A DNA stretch of 64,000 nucleotides, taken from positions 81,530,001 to 81,594,000 of the forward strand of contig OZ024744.1 in the NCBI GenBank assembly GCA_964016885.1, given 5' to 3'. Position numbers and translations under genes: made by a program. Positions 12,911 to 26,561 of this stretch are shown here, one piece after another. The notes below the pieces were generated by a model. That model did no database searches and was not told the origin of the DNA. It saw only the letters and a list, made by a program, of their open reading frames with translations. Each line of letters starts with the position of its first letter. The stretch's first letter is position 1. Source of the DNA: Eledone cirrhosa (Eukaryota).

Positions 12911-13260
12911 TCATCATCATCATCATCATCAGGTTTAGCGTCCGTGTTCCACGCTTGCATGGGTTTGGATGGGGGTTTTCCCACTTGAGGCAAGAGTGGT
13001 TGTCTTGCTCGCATAGGACTGTCTGGCGGGTTTTCTACAGTTGGATGCCCTTCCTAACACCAACCACATTTACAGTGTGGGGCTGGGAGGTTTTTACCGT
13101 GTTGCCTACACGGCCACATTACAGCGTGGACTGTCTGGCGGGTTTTCTACAGCTGGATGCCCTTCCTAACACCAACCACATTTACAGTGTGGGGCTGGGA
13201 GGTTTTTACCGTGTTGCCTACACGGCCACATTTACAGCGTGGACTGTGTGTTTTTTTGTC
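12911..13260 (-). mobile_element. RTE LINE 3'UTR fragment (same subfamily as copy 1)
   Basis: Reverse complement of ~7717-8068, including the (GAT)n tail and the 112-bp duplication. Confidence 0.9.
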
Positions 13261-13261
13261 G

Positions 13262-14350
13262 TATATTTCCGAATGAGCTGTTGGCCTTGGCAATGCGGTT
13301 GTCAATGTTCTTTGCTGAGATAGCGTTGTTGGTAATGACGCTTCTAGGATATGACTTCCATTGTCTTGAAGCTTTGGCTGCCCAAGCAAAGCAGCTGACA
13401 GCTACCTGAAGAATTTCCTCCATGTACACCAGAAGGGCACAGTTGTCTGTGAACAGCAAATCTAGGATCAACTCCTCCAGTGCTTTGGTGTAGACAAACA
13501 GTCATCGCAAGTTGAACACACTCCCATCAGTGTGGAACCGGATGTAAATGCCCTTCTACCACAGAACTTTCTTTGCTTTGCTGAGCATAATGCTGAAGAA
13601 GGTAAGAGCAAGGACAAAGCCTTGTTTCATGCCATTCTCGATGGGGAATTGATTGGAGAGACTACCATTGTCCTTCACCTGTCCCTGCTGTCCTGTGTAG
13701 AGTTTCTGGAATGCCATAGTCAGGAATTTTGGCGGATATCCAAGTATGATGAGGATCTTCCACAGTCCATCTCATCATAAAAATCAGAGTCTACAGAGCT
13801 AAAAGCTGGGTCCTGTACCAGAAGCAGATCAAGCTACTGGAAAGATTCAATCAGATATGCCTTCCCACCATCATGAGCATCTGTTGACAGGACTATGTAA
13901 AAAACGAGAAAGTTCACAAGCATTGAGAGCATGTTGATGCTGAGACAGCTCTGCTGGACAGTTCATGTCTCATGCTTGAACGACTCTAGGGTGCCAAAGG
14001 CAGTTTTCTACAGCGAACTTCATCATGGCAAGTGAAAACACTTCAAAGAGCAACTCAAGCACTAGCTGGTCCAAGGCAATATTGATCACAAGGAATGGAA
14101 ATACCTGGCAGAAGACAGAGAGAAATGGAGAGCGACCATCAAAACAGCTGCAGCCAGCTTTGAAGAGGGCAGGAAGGTGGCAGCTAAAGACAAACATCAA
14201 AGAAGAAAGCTGCCCACCACCAACTGACCAAGTACACACTTGCCCCAACTGTACCAGAGCCTGTGGGTCCAGGATTGGCCTCTACAGCTACTTCAGGGTA
14301 TGCCACCGCACAGAAGAGGACAACAATTCTTTCGACTGATTTTCACAAGC
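13262..14350. mobile_element. Degenerate BovB-like RTE element with inverted 5' part
   Basis: Minus segment 13775->13262 encodes RT (DLLFTDNCALL...NRIAKANSSFG). Plus segment 13777-14340 continues KIRVYRA... to a C2H2-like CPNCTRACGSRIGLYSY. Confidence 0.7.
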
Positions 14351-14467
14351 AAAGAATTTGCCATTCATTCATTCATAAATATATATATAAGTATATATGA
14401 ACCTATAGAACAAATATTTATTATTAGCACAGATTAAAAGTTTAAGTAAACAATTTCTGCTTTTTCC

Positions 14468-14683
14468 TTAACTCTTTAGCATTTAAACCGGCTGTATCCA
14501 GCCAAAATTCTCGCACCTCATTCTGTTCAAATTGGCTGTAACTGGCCACTCATACTTATGTTAAGGCATTGTTCTCAAAATAAATAATATCAAAATCCCA
14601 TAGATTTGATATTATGTGAGATAAAGCCTTTACCATGAAAATACAATAGGATATATAGAGTAATGTAAATGCTAAAGGGTTAA
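14468..14683 (+). mobile_element. piggyBac-type MITE family A (other copies ~18197-18412, 20685-20890, 25820-26020, 35900-36092, 36394-36594, 37608-37794, 50465-50653, 52229-52424, 63609-63792)
   Basis: TTAA-flanked ctctttagcattt / aaatgctaaaggg TIRs; the same internal sequence recurs at all listed loci. Confidence 0.8.
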
Positions 14684-14712
14684 TCTGTGCTAATATTACA
14701 CACATATACACA

Positions 14713-14751
<39 letters not shown>

Positions 14752-14775
14752 TAGAATTGGTGCTCTGAAATAGCG

Positions 14776-14930
14776 ATGTGTATATAGTGTATTTGATAAT
14801 ACACTGTATGCTTAATTAAAAACATTTTGAAGACCTTATGCTATTGTTCTACTTTAAAACAATAGCGTAAGGTCTTCAAAATGCTTTTAATTAAGCATAC
14901 AGTGTATTACCAAATACACTATATATACAT
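14776..14930. repeat. ~155-bp fold-back palindrome between (TA)n tracts
   Basis: gtatatagtgtatttg...gaagaccttatgctattgtt / aacaatagcgtaaggtcttc...caaatacactatatatac. Confidence 0.85.
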
Positions 14931-14937
14931 ATATATA

Positions 14938-15490
14938 TCATCATCATCATCATCAATTTACGTCCACTCTTCCCTGCTTGCAAGGGTGGTACGGGTCTTA
15001 TTCAGCACAGCATCTCTCCACTTGTCACGGTCCTTCGTCATCTCCACCGTGAGCTTCAGCGATCTGAGGTCTGTTCTCACCACCTCCGCCCATGTTTTTC
15101 GTGGTCTACCTCTACTACGTCTTCCTTCAACTGCCATTTCCTGGCACTTCTTCACCCATCGGTCATCCTCCATGCGCATCACTTGTCCATACCACCTCAG
15201 TCTCCTCTCCCGCACACTACAGTTTCTCTCTCAACACATTTATGCTGGGTCGTTCACGCACATTGACACTGCACATCCATCTGAGCATGCTTGCCTCATT
15301 TCTCTCCAGCCATCGCATATCCTCTGCAGTTGCTGTCCATGTCTCACTACCATGCAGCATCGCGCTCCTCACACAGGCATCATATAACCGGCCTTTCGTA
15401 CGCAGGGAGAAACCCTTCTTCGTCAGCAGAGTAAGCAGCTCCCTAAACTTCTTCCAAGCCGTCCTTATTCTAGATACTATGGCCATAGAA
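14938..15490 (-). mobile_element. RTE LINE 3' fragment, second subfamily (related tails at ~16775-16915, 28430-28830, 36965-37210)
   Basis: RIRTAWKKFRELL...RRLRWYGQVMRM...GRPRKTW, with a short tail cttgcaagcagggaagagtggacgtaaat(GAT)n. Confidence 0.85.
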
Positions 15491-16206
15491 CATTCATATA
15501 TATACACATACACACAGGTATTTATGTGTGTGATGTGTGTTTGTAAATCTGTGATTATGTGTGCATGTATGTATGTCACTGTGTCTGTGTTTATGTTTAC
15601 TGTTAGTTTATGTCTGTAACTTTGTGGTTTGTCCAAAACACTTTAAAATAATCAACTCAGTATCACAGGACCAGGGGAGGTTTCAAGTGATTTGATATTG
15701 ATATCAAAAGGGTTAAAAACCTAAGTAAAATCTCAAATAAAGTAGAATTATACAGACATATCATTCCATTCTTTTCTGTAAATCACAACTTAGATTCACA
15801 ATACTACCTTCAGCCACAACACTGCACAGAAAAAATAGATGTACAGAAAAAATACATAAAGGCTCAAAAAACAAAATGTCCTACACACAGCTTCCTAACT
15901 ACTATAGATATCAGCAAAGCATTCATTTCATTCTCCCTTATATATTAAAATATCAAAGCACTTCTTTAAAACATCACCATCATCATCATCACCGTTTTAT
16001 GTCAATGTTTTCAAGCTAGCATGGGTTAGACAGATTGTCCTGTTGCGGGCAATGCCAGGTCAAGTGACCATGTCTTGCTCATACAGGGCTGATTTGGGCT
16101 CAGTTTCTACGCATATGTTTTCTTTCTTCCCAATTTTTTTCTCATTTTGCCCGTTCTTTCCTCTCATTACTCTTTACTTTCTATTTATCTTCTATTTCTA
16201 ACACTA

Positions 16207-16242
16207 TCTTCTGATGAAGAACTAGTGTCCGAAACGTTAAGA
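16207..16242 (+). ncRNA. Minimal type-I hammerhead ribozyme motif, family A
   Basis: UCUU-CUGAUGA-A-GAAC-UAGU-GUCC-GAAA-CG-UU-AAGA. Palindromic ACGU stem III, GUU triplet, one stem II mismatch. Confidence 0.7.
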
Positions 16243-17508
16243 GTATCTTCCTACTATTTCAAGCGTTAAACAAATATATTTCTTCCATGTACTGCGCCGT
16301 TTGTTTTGTTATTTTTGTTTACCTTTTACATACTTTGTAAAGTCGTTGGTGATTGAGTAGTGACAACATAGGGTTGAGGGGACCCTTAGTCCTGTTAAGG
16401 AAATAACTGTGCCATAATAAAATGCATCTAGTACACTAAAAAGTGTTGGTATTAGGAAGGCTATCCAGCTGTAAACACCATGCCAAAAATGAAATGTATG
16501 GTTCTCCAACCCATATAGGAGGGGAGTAATATTGAATAAGAACTGACTCATCCGAACCATGCCAGCATTGAAAGCAGATGTACGAGAGTCAACTGAAACA
16601 TTCGTAGGCTGACCAAGATACTCTCATGGAATGAGCAAATGAGGTTTATTTTTCAACATAATCCCTGGAAAGAAATAATGCAGTTATTAATATGAAGAGT
16701 TGAAATTAATGCATGCAAGATTTCACAGCTCTAGCATCACTTCTTCATAGTCAGCCTATGAACTTTTCAGTCCATCATCATCATCATCATTTTATGTCCG
16801 CTTTCCCTGCTTGCAAGGGTAGGACAGGTCCTATTCAGCACAGCATCTCTCCATTCGTCACGGGCCTTTGTCGTCTCCTCTGTGAGCTTCAGCGATCTAA
16901 GGTCAACTCTCACCATGTTGGTGGTAAATTATTGGAAAAGATGACTCTTAAATATTTAACTATTTTTTCCTTCAAAACATTAGATCAAAACGTTTGCTAA
17001 ATCTCTCTCATGCTCTCTCTTTTTATACTCTTTTCCAGAAAAATGAAGAATCAGAAACGTCTCCTAGCACCAAGGCATCTCGTGATCAACCCAAAAAATA
17101 CCGACCAAGAATTTTAACTCTTTATACTGATATGATTGCTAATAAGTTCTGGACTGAATATACTTATCTACTTGAAAGATAATAATAATCATGTTTCTTG
17201 TTTTTTTTTAGTTTTTTTTTAATATAAATAATGCTTTAAATTTTATAGCAGTATGGACTTTTAACTGCCAACAACTTTGCTCTGGAAATTAATTTCTCAA
17301 ATCTGTCAGAGGTAAACTTTATTTTGGAATAAATATTGCCACATTATTACCTTTTTATTTTTATTTTATTTTATTTTAGTAAATGAGGGGAGAAATCGGA
17401 CAGTGCATCGAAAAGGGAAATCACTTTTAGCATACAGTAGACAAGACGACAACCACTCTAGTTTTGGTAGTTTCCTCTGTAAAGTGGTGGACAAACAGGC
17501 TGTGATAA

Positions 17509-17696
17509 TTGTTTCTACTTTTGGCACAAGGCCAGTAATTACCCAGTGTATTACTGGTACTTTATTTTATCGACCCCGTAAGGATGAAAAGCAAAGTTAA
17601 CCTCGGCGGGATTTGAACTCAGAATGGCAAGGGCCGTAACTCTATGAGTCAAAGCATGACGTCCGACCCTCTGCCGATACTGCCAATCCACTGCCC
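17509..17696 (-). mobile_element. tRNA-derived SINE with Meta/MESC-like domain (other copies ~21535-21690, 26015-26206, 47003-47095, 63240-63545)
   Basis: A box tggcagtatcgg, B box gagttcaaatccc, central tttcatccttacggggtcgataaaataaagtacca, tail ggccttgtgccaaaagtagaaac. Confidence 0.75.
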
Positions 17697-18431
17697 TAGG
17701 CTGAGATAATAAAGGGTAAACAGGAACCTTTGGTTCGGTCAAGGCCTTGACAAACTCTCTAGTGTTGCTGTCATGATAAAATATTCTTAGTTCGTTTTGT
17801 AAAGCGTTTAACAATTGAATGGAGACAGTATAAGGTAAAAAGGACTTTTCATTCTTGTTGAATACATGAGAACCTCTCAGTGTTGGTGACACAATAAAAT
17901 ACACCCAGTACATTCTGTAAAACTTGTTGGCATTAACGGAGTCCAGCTATAGAAATTTAGCCAAATATGCAACATATGTAATACTTTGTTCTCCGACTAG
18001 TTTGGTCTTGGGTTGTGATAACGCATTCAACTCAATCCAAAATGGAAAATTAACTGAAAATAATGACAATTTATTTTAATATCCTTCTCTATTAGACACC
18101 AGGCCAATTTTTGTTGAAGAAATGTAAAACTGATTAACCCTTTTGATACCAGCCAGCTCCAAACCATCTGTTTTTATTAAACAAACCCTCCCATTTTAAC
18201 CATTTAGTATTTATACATACTCTATATATACTATTGTATTTTCACAATAAACAACATATTTCACATAATATTGAATCTATGAGATTTTGATATTATTTAT
18301 TTTGAGAACAATACCTTAACATACTGATGTTAAGGTATTGAGTGGCCAGTTTGAACAGAAAGAGGTGAAAGAATTCTGGCCAGATACGGCCAGTTTTAAT
18401 TCTAAAAGGTTAAAGGGTTCCTATTTAAATT

Positions 18432-18924
18432 TACCATATATGCCGGTGTACAAGTCGATAGGTCGACCCCTAAAATTCTGAGGTGTAATTCAGGTTTAGG
18501 CCTATATTCACCGAATAAGACAACCCCACAAAAGTAAGGTAGTTGCAGGGGAAATAATTAAAAAAATTTAGTGGTGCGCTAAAGGCTAAGACACTTCTAA
18601 AACACTTCAGTCGCAAGTGAGTTCTAACTCACTGAGTAAACCAGCCTTGCCTAACCTTAACGAACCTATCCTATGAGCTACGGCAAGTCATATATATACT
18701 ATTATAATATCTACGTTAAATAGACTTCACAAATATGAGTTTCAGTAGGAAATAATTGTGGTGGGCTGCTAAAGTTATGGTAAGTGCTTTACAACGAGTG
18801 TTAGGAAGGCAGTTTCATTGTTTACCCCTCAGTGGTAAAGGTTCACATTTTACATTTGATGAACAAGTTTTGGAGAAATATTTTTAGGCTCTAAATGTCA
18901 ACTTGAATGCTGGCATATACATTA
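18432..18924. mobile_element. pogo/Tigger-like MITE nested in piggyBac-MITE remnants
   Basis: Imperfect TIRs taccatatatgccggtgtacaagtcga / tcaacttgaatgctggcatatacatta. Confidence 0.45.
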
Positions 18925-19227
18925 AAATTGGATTATTCCTTTATAATTTCATATAAGAACCTTTTTATAAGTTATGATACAGATATTATTTTAATGGTTA
19001 AATAGTTTAACTTAGCCAACAAGCTGTTTATTAATTTACAGTGGTAAGTTAATCACACCTCATGCTTTTTTCAGCTTGAAGTTAAGAGTGATAGGCACTC
19101 TCTAGTTATGTCTGATAATGGGTTTGTATCTGCATCTGAAAGATTCTTTCTCTTTGTGGAAGATCAGCAGCCTCCCAGGTGTGTAGATCTCTAATTTACA
19201 CACTACTAATGTTGTCCAAAGAAAAGG

Positions 19228-19700
19228 TAAAGGACAGATGATACAGCTTGGAAATAGTGATGTTGCAAACAGATTCAGAAGGCATGATGTCAGCTCAACT
19301 GAGCTCCTGAAAAGACTGCTGATCGATGATCTCAAGGATGTGCTTTGCACAAGACGCATGCGCTGGTATGGTCATGTCGAGCGTAGTGAGGGCTGGATCA
19401 GCAAAGTGATGAATGTTGATCCAGGAGGCAGTTAGAGGCCCAGAAAGGACTTGGATGGAGGATGTCCATCAGGATCAAGCTTGGCTTGGCCTGGCCCAAG
19501 TGAGACCAGCGGACAGAAACACATGGAGCAGGACGCTAAGGAGCGTTGTCAGGCAGGACCCACCCCCTACTTAGGAATTAATTGTGTCCTGCATAATCAG
19601 AAACTGGATGTTGTTGATGATGACGATGACGATGACGACGACGACGATGATGATGGTGGTAGTGGTGGTGGTGGTGAAGATGATGATGATGATGATGAAG
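19228..19700 (+). mobile_element. Old RTE-clade LINE 3' fragment with (GAT/GAC)n tail
   Basis: RRMRWYGHVERSEGWISKVM followed by an RPRK-like motif. Confidence 0.7.
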
Positions 19701-20244
19701 GGTCCGAAAGAGATGCAACAAAGTATCATGTTCAACATCTAATAATTTCACCAATCCACCATCTTGGACCGGTACTTTATTTTACCAAACCAAAGAGGAT
19801 GAAAGGTAAAGATAACCATGGCAGGATTTGAACTCTTGAGTGCAGAGAGCTGGGCTGGAATAAATATCTTGAAGCATTTAATCTGATGATTTAACATTTA
19901 ACTACTCTACCAATTTGCTGATCACTGATCAGGTGAACCTGAGACAACAGCAGCAAATCAAAAGTAAATGATGATGATGATGATTAGGATAAGATGATAA
20001 TAGTGGTGGTGGTGGTGGTGGTGATGATTAGGATGATAGTGGTGGAGGTGATGATGATTTGTTTGGTATATACTACCTTCATTAAACTACAAAAAGGGGG
20101 TTTTCCATAGCAATAAGTAGAATGTTTACAAATCAGTTGTTTTCCAAAACCTCTTTCTTATACAGTTGTGAAGTCTGGATGCTTTATTAAAATGACAAAA
20201 AGTAATCAGACTCGACAGCAAAAGCAGTCCACACTGTAGTGTAG

Positions 20245-20390
20245 ACTTTCTAACCACATGCCCATAGTATCACAGTTGTGAGCTCCCAGTTCGGAGTAGT
20301 GGCTCTACCTGGAGTGAGTCTCTGATCTCCGAGTTACACACTTTATTGTGTAACGTTATTCCAAAGACCCTTCGGAGGAATCCCATTTTG
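20245..20390 (-). mobile_element. RTE-clade C-terminal remnant; inverted homologue at ~21005-21240 (+)
   Basis: MGFLRRVFGITLHNKVCNSEIRDSLQVEPLL..QL*YYGHVVR; the plus copy reads EMGFLQRVF...LQVEPLLLQIERSQL. Confidence 0.6.
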
Positions 20391-21959
20391 AACTCAGACC
20401 CCTAAATTTTCATTATGTAAGATCTCAATGATCTTATCGACTATGTGAAAATGTCACCTGTATACAAACACGCACATTCACACATATGCATCTATCTCAT
20501 CATCATTTAATGTCTGATTTTCTATGCTGGCATGGGTTGGACAGGTTGTTACAGACTAAACTTGTATCATCTTGTTTAGATATGTTCTAGTACTTTTCAG
20601 AGTGAACTGGATGCAGTTAATTCTGGCTCTGGCACAAGGGAGGTTATCACGTTCTTGACACATCTAAAGAATTCCTTCAACTCTTAACACTTTAGCATTT
20701 AAACCGGCCATATTCTCTCACCTCTTTCTGTTCAAACTGGCCACTCATGCTGATGTTAAAGTATTGTTCTCAAAATAAATAACACAAAATCTCATAAATT
20801 CGATATTATATCAGATAATTATGTGAGATAAAGCCTTTACCACACAAATACAATAGTATATATAGAGTATTGTAAATGCTAAAAGGTTAGATATATATAT
20901 ATAATGAATTTATATCTGATATATACAACATAAAGGTAACTGAGACTGCATGTATAAATGTACACATTTAGTATTTAGAAAGGATATGATTGCAAACACA
21001 AGCAAGTGAAATGGGGTTCCTGCAAAGGGTCTTTGTAGTAACACTACTCAACAGTGTGTTGCTCCAGGTGGAGCCACTACTTCTTCAAATTGAGAGATCA
21101 CAGCTCTGAAACTATTGACATGTGCTCAGAATGTCTAAGGAAAGAATCGCTGCAGGAGACCCAAGGGTAGATCCTGAACAAGATGGTTGGATAAGACCTA
21201 TGAACTCAGCTGGTCGTGCTTGAGGACTCTGCTTCTATGATCTTCCAAAGAATACATAGGCAAAGAAGTATTTAGACATGTAATCATGCCAAATTCATAT
21301 AGTAAATAAATAAAAATGATATCATGAATCAAATTTTCAAAGCTTTTGGAGTTCTCATCAGAAGACATATATATCATCTACAAGGAAACACATAACTGAG
21401 CAATTTTTATACCAGTATAGCAGTATCTTGAAATGGGTGAACTAATTTGAATACTATTAGTACCCATGTTAATAGTTAATTTTGATTATATAAATATATA
21501 TTGTTATATTTGGGGAGAGTCATATTGTTATAATAATTGTTTCTACTTTTGGCACAAGGCCAGCAATTACTGGTACTTTATTTTATCGACCTCGTAAGGA
21601 TGAAAGGCAAAGTTAACCTCGGCGGGATTTGAACTGTCCGTAAAGGGACGTAACTATGCTTCAAAGTATAGCATCCGACCCTCTACCTATAAACACACTG
21701 TTTGGTTTGGATTGGTTTTCGTTTCTGTAGTTAATTTAGCTGGCAATTAATGTTTATCATTGATTGACCAACAGTTAAAAATCAGTGGTACTAGTGTTTC
21801 CTCCCATTGTATTGTAATGTCTATTCTATTTTTTATTTATTCTTGTCTGTTTGCACATGCATTTGGGTCTGAGTCTATGTCTTTATAATATTCTATTTTT
21901 GCTCACTAGTGTGTGTTGTTATTGTACCCGTGTTTATTTATATTTACTGTAGGTTATAT

Positions 21960-22300
21960 TGTGTTTGTTGTTGTTATTCCATTTATTATTTCTGTTCAAC
22001 TTTGGTTTTCTTAGTTCTATTTCAGCTGTTTCTCTGATTTGCCTACCTGTTGAGTCATTTCTATATTTAGATATTTTAATTTCTATTTTGTCTGTATTAC
22101 TATCATGTTCATATAGTACTGAACCGTCCTTGTCCTTTTAGTTGCCCCACTGTTGGTCTATTATTGGAGCTGTCACACCTATGTATGTCGTTGTCATGTT
22201 TCTGCAAGTACCCTCTGTACATCTTACGCTATAGACTACATTTCTAGTTTTACAATTTATTTGTGGATTTATTCTACATAAACACATTTCTTATTAGTAC
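21960..22300 (-). pseudogene. Penelope-like element GIY-YIG endonuclease remnant
   Basis: Manual translation CLCRINPQINCKTRNVVYSVRCTEGTC...TYIGVT, then RQIRETAEIELRKPKLN; interrupted by stops. Confidence 0.7.
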
Positions 22301-22799
22301 AGTGGATCTTTTTAAAGGGATAAGTTTTGCTGATCAGGGATTTTAATTTTTAAATGCGTCTTTCTAAATTGGTTAACTAATTCACTTCCAGGAGTTGCAT
22401 CCATGAACATGACACTGGTTGTTGTACCATGAAGTGGCTTTCCCTATTTTATGATTAGTCCTATTTATGCTATTCCATGATTTGCTCCTGTATAATGGGC
22501 AAATCCCTTCATGTCCATCTCTATGAGGGTCTTATATTTCTCCATGGCTTATTTGTAGTCTGATGTTGTCTCTTAGGTTGTAGCCAGAGAACTGCATGCA
22601 ATTGTTGAAGTGTTGTATGTGTCTTTCCAATTGAATTGGATCGCAACTGCGGGACATATTCTTCAAGAAAGTAGCAATAAACCTGAATTAAAAACTAATA
22701 CAATGGAGAGCATCCAGCAGATAGTTAGTTATGTTCTGGTGTATGGAATTAGCTATCGACTACCCTTCCAAACATCCTAATAGACTACCAGTATGAGAC

Positions 22800-22915
22800 A
22801 CCGAACTCGTTAAACACCATAAACAAGAAAACCCAAATTCACCACTCACATTATGTTAAACCCATGGCCTCCAAATACCTTATACACAAAAACTCAGCGA
22901 TGTCCAATAGTGCTA
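22800..22915 (+). pseudogene. Penelope-like RT C-terminal remnant
   Basis: HYVKPMASKYLIHKNSAMS resembles the Y.KP...SA motif that follows Penelope RT. Confidence 0.45.
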
Positions 22916-25900
22916 AGTTTAATATTTTGTTCGCAGGCTTGGTAATGTTTCCTAGTTGAAAGGAGTGATGATATACTGTACACCAAATCCATAGCAATAT
23001 TAAGGAAAAGTAGTTAATATGTTGATAGTTTAATCTTTTGAATGAAAAAAAACTGCCTGTGGTTGTTAACATATTCTTGGTGTTAAATGTTTAATCTCTC
23101 AGATAACAAACTGCCCCTGGTTCTATGATACAAAGTGTTCATATTTAAGTTTAAACCTTTTCATCATAATTTTATGCAAGAAAAGCTTTATGTTGAAAAT
23201 GCCACCATCATGTTGTCTGTTTAAAAACCAGCTTAACAATGAGAAACTTCTTTGCTCACTTATTCCTGAGAAGGTTGTGGGGGCAGAGTCCCCAAACACT
23301 AAATCCAGGAAGTCATGTCAGAAGCAACTGTTTCCAACCGATCCAACTGGATCCCCAAGCAAGACCAGCTAAGCTCATGGATGTTATTCAACTATCTTGA
23401 TTGGGGAGGGGGTGGGGTGGTGGTGTCACCCTCTGGGTTTCCTGTTATGAGGAACTTATTTTTCTAAATCCCTTCAAATTCTCGATTTTCAAAATTAATT
23501 GAAAATCATAGGCAATGTGTTTTATTAGAAATATAGTAGCAAAAGAATTAAAGAAAATATATAAAAGAAAAAACACGAAATGTAAAACAGATGTCTTCAG
23601 TGACTTCTGGAAATTTCAAAGACAAATCAAACACAAGATTAACTATCACACAAACTTTAATGATACTTGTGAAATTACATCCACAATAAATTTGGTGTAC
23701 TGAAGATTAGAGATGGTTGATAACTTGGATTGAGTAAATCTTCTCAACAACATACGTCCAGAAATACAGCAAGATTAGATAAGATTTCAATAACTTGCAG
23801 GCAAATAGCTCAAAATGATAACATTATAACCTAGAATTTAAAAGAAATGTTTTTAACCTACAAATAAAACTCTAAATAGAATTACACAAACCCTGACAAC
23901 TTCACAACCTGTCATTTAAAAGAAATGTTTTGTTTTTTTACCTAACATATAAAACCCTAACTAGAATTAAAAGAAACCCTCAAGGAGAATTACTGAATGT
24001 TCTGGTTAAGAATGTGGCAGACAGAAATCCAAAGAGCTAGTATTCAGTGTCATATTAGTTATAAACTAATGTTTTTTTCCAACCATTTCTTCTATTAATA
24101 ATAGTACCCAGTTATATTTTAATTTGTATTACCTGAATTTAGTCTTATTTATGAATTAAATAACATTTCGATAATACTTAAAGCTGATTATTATGGGTTA
24201 ATCTTATAAACTTGATAATGTTATAGCACCTCTGATGAACAACAATACAGCATCATGTGGCACCACGATAGTAAAAACACTTATTTAAACTAATATCTTA
24301 AATAAGAATTAAACTGTTTAACAAAGTACAATTTCAAGTCCTCTTGCTGTGGACTTCCACCAATTCCAAGTTCATTCACTGGCATTTTTTTTTTTAATAT
24401 ATATTTACTATTTTACACCCATTCTCTCATGTTTGCACCTTTCCACCACACACTATGAAGTAAGAGTGGCAGCTTGTATTTATTTACAAGCTGGCAAATT
24501 AGAGTGATTAGACTTATAACAATGCAGACAATATTCCAACTATACACAAATTACGAATTTTCAATATGTACGTTTTGTAGTTTTTGAAGTAAAACTGTAA
24601 AATTTAATTCTTATATAAGGCATTTTAATATTTTTTTCCAGTAGTTTGTGCTGTTTAGAAGATTAATTACATGTGTTATTGTAATGGGCCATGTGGAGTG
24701 GCTACCTTTGCCACACACACTCACACAATTAAAACGAAGTTTGGATGCAAAATATAACGGTTATATCAGAAAGAATAAAAAAAAAAGTATCTCCTTTGTG
24801 TAAAATATAGTCTCCAATACTATCCAAAATATGTATTCAAGCAAAATTTAAATAAAAAAATAAAATTGTGTCCATGCACATTTACACTGTGTATGTATAT
24901 CTGCTTTAGAATAGGTACACTGTATCCCTGCTTGTCATAAGTGACAAAAAGGGTAAATGCCAGGAAGGACATCTGACCGTAAAACAGCCTTCCTAAAAAA
25001 AAATTACTCCATGATGAATATGAAACCTGCCGCAAGGCTACCCGCTCCCCTACTACAGCAGGGAAAATAACCTTTAAAATGCCTGTATTCTATCCAAAAT
25101 ATATCTTCAAGCAAAATTGTTTGAAAAATAAATAAATAAATAAATACAATTGTGTGTGTGTGTTTAAGTGAAAAATAACCTCTCCTGTGGTAAATTAAAA
25201 TGTCCCACAATGCTATGATGTTGTGACTGATGAGATGATGCTATCTCCCTGGTTATTTTCTACACAAACTGAAGAAATACCCCAAAGAATACAAAATGGA
25301 GGAAAAAGAAAAAAAAAAAAAAAAGCTGAATTTTCCAAACCAAGGAAATGTTTCCATTGGTGATACTATCTGTTGGTTGTAGCTCCTGCCTGAAATGTCA
25401 TTGCTTTTTCTGATGACAGGATTTGAATTCAGAATGATTAAAGCTAGAACATACCGTAAGGCACCCCTATAAGACATTTTTAACAATTCTGCAAATCAAC
25501 ACGGGCCCCCATTCCGGTCGACTGGTACCTTATTTATTGACTTCAAAAAGATAAAGGCAAAAATTGACTGTGACAGGATTTAAACTTGGAGCACAAATAC
25601 TACAAAAAGTATTCTTTTCTGACTCCCTAGCAACTCTGCCAGTCAACTGCAATGCAAGAATGTAACAATGAAATATCGATTAAATGATGTAAAAAATTTG
25701 TTTAGCAACTTCACAATTGAATGTTTTTTTTCCATACATAAAACCAATTTCCAGAGAAAACCTAAATTAACTTGATAGATTCATTATAAGCCAAATTGAA
25801 ACCACTGACTGATTAACCAACCCTTTAGCATTAAAACCAACCGTATCTGTCCAGAACTCTCTCACCGCTTTCTGTTCGAACCGGCTGCTCATATCTACAT

Positions 25901-26561
25901 TAAGGTATTGTTCTCGAAATAAATAACATCAAAATCTCGTAGATTCGATATTATATTATATGAGAAAATTATGTTAAGTAAAGCCTTTACTGTGAAAATA
26001 CAATAGTAAATATAAAATAACTGTTTCTACTTTTTGGGCACAAGGATAGCAATTACCCCAGTACATTACTGGTGCTTTATTTTATCGACCCACGTAAGAG
26101 TGAAAGGCAAAGTTACCCTTGGCAGGATTTGAAGCCAGATCATAAAGAGCCGTAACTCTATGCTGCAAAGCATGGCATCCGACCCTCTACCAATACTGCC
26201 AATCCAAATAATGGTTCCATTTCTCTTTAAAGATGTTCAACTGTTGGATAATGGGGCATTCTGAGTGTATTTTTTTTCTTTTTTAATTTTTAGGGTGGGA
26301 AAAGGAAGCAACTAGAATAAGATAAGGATAAATGCATAGATATATATGACTGGTAGCTGCTATCTTCCTGATAACAAAAATTCTTTTTTAATCACTACAT
26401 AAATAAAGCATCTATTTTTATTGAATGTATAGAAGGCACACATAAAATGACACTTACTGATCCATTTCATCTCAATGGAAATTTACCAGTAACTGTGAAA
26501 CACTGTACTTTCTATACCTTGTATGTATGTATGTATGTATGTATGTGTATATATATATATA

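Noticed and set aside
17600-17696. tRNA gene candidates (also 48176 and 51783)
   Set aside because: The A/B boxes run into SINE bodies; there is no acceptor stem or poly-T terminator.
19451-19831. Acidic poly-Asp ORF
   Set aside because: It is the (GAT/GAC)n tail of an RTE fragment.
24232-24285. ctgatga motif
   Set aside because: No GAAA or stem II follows.
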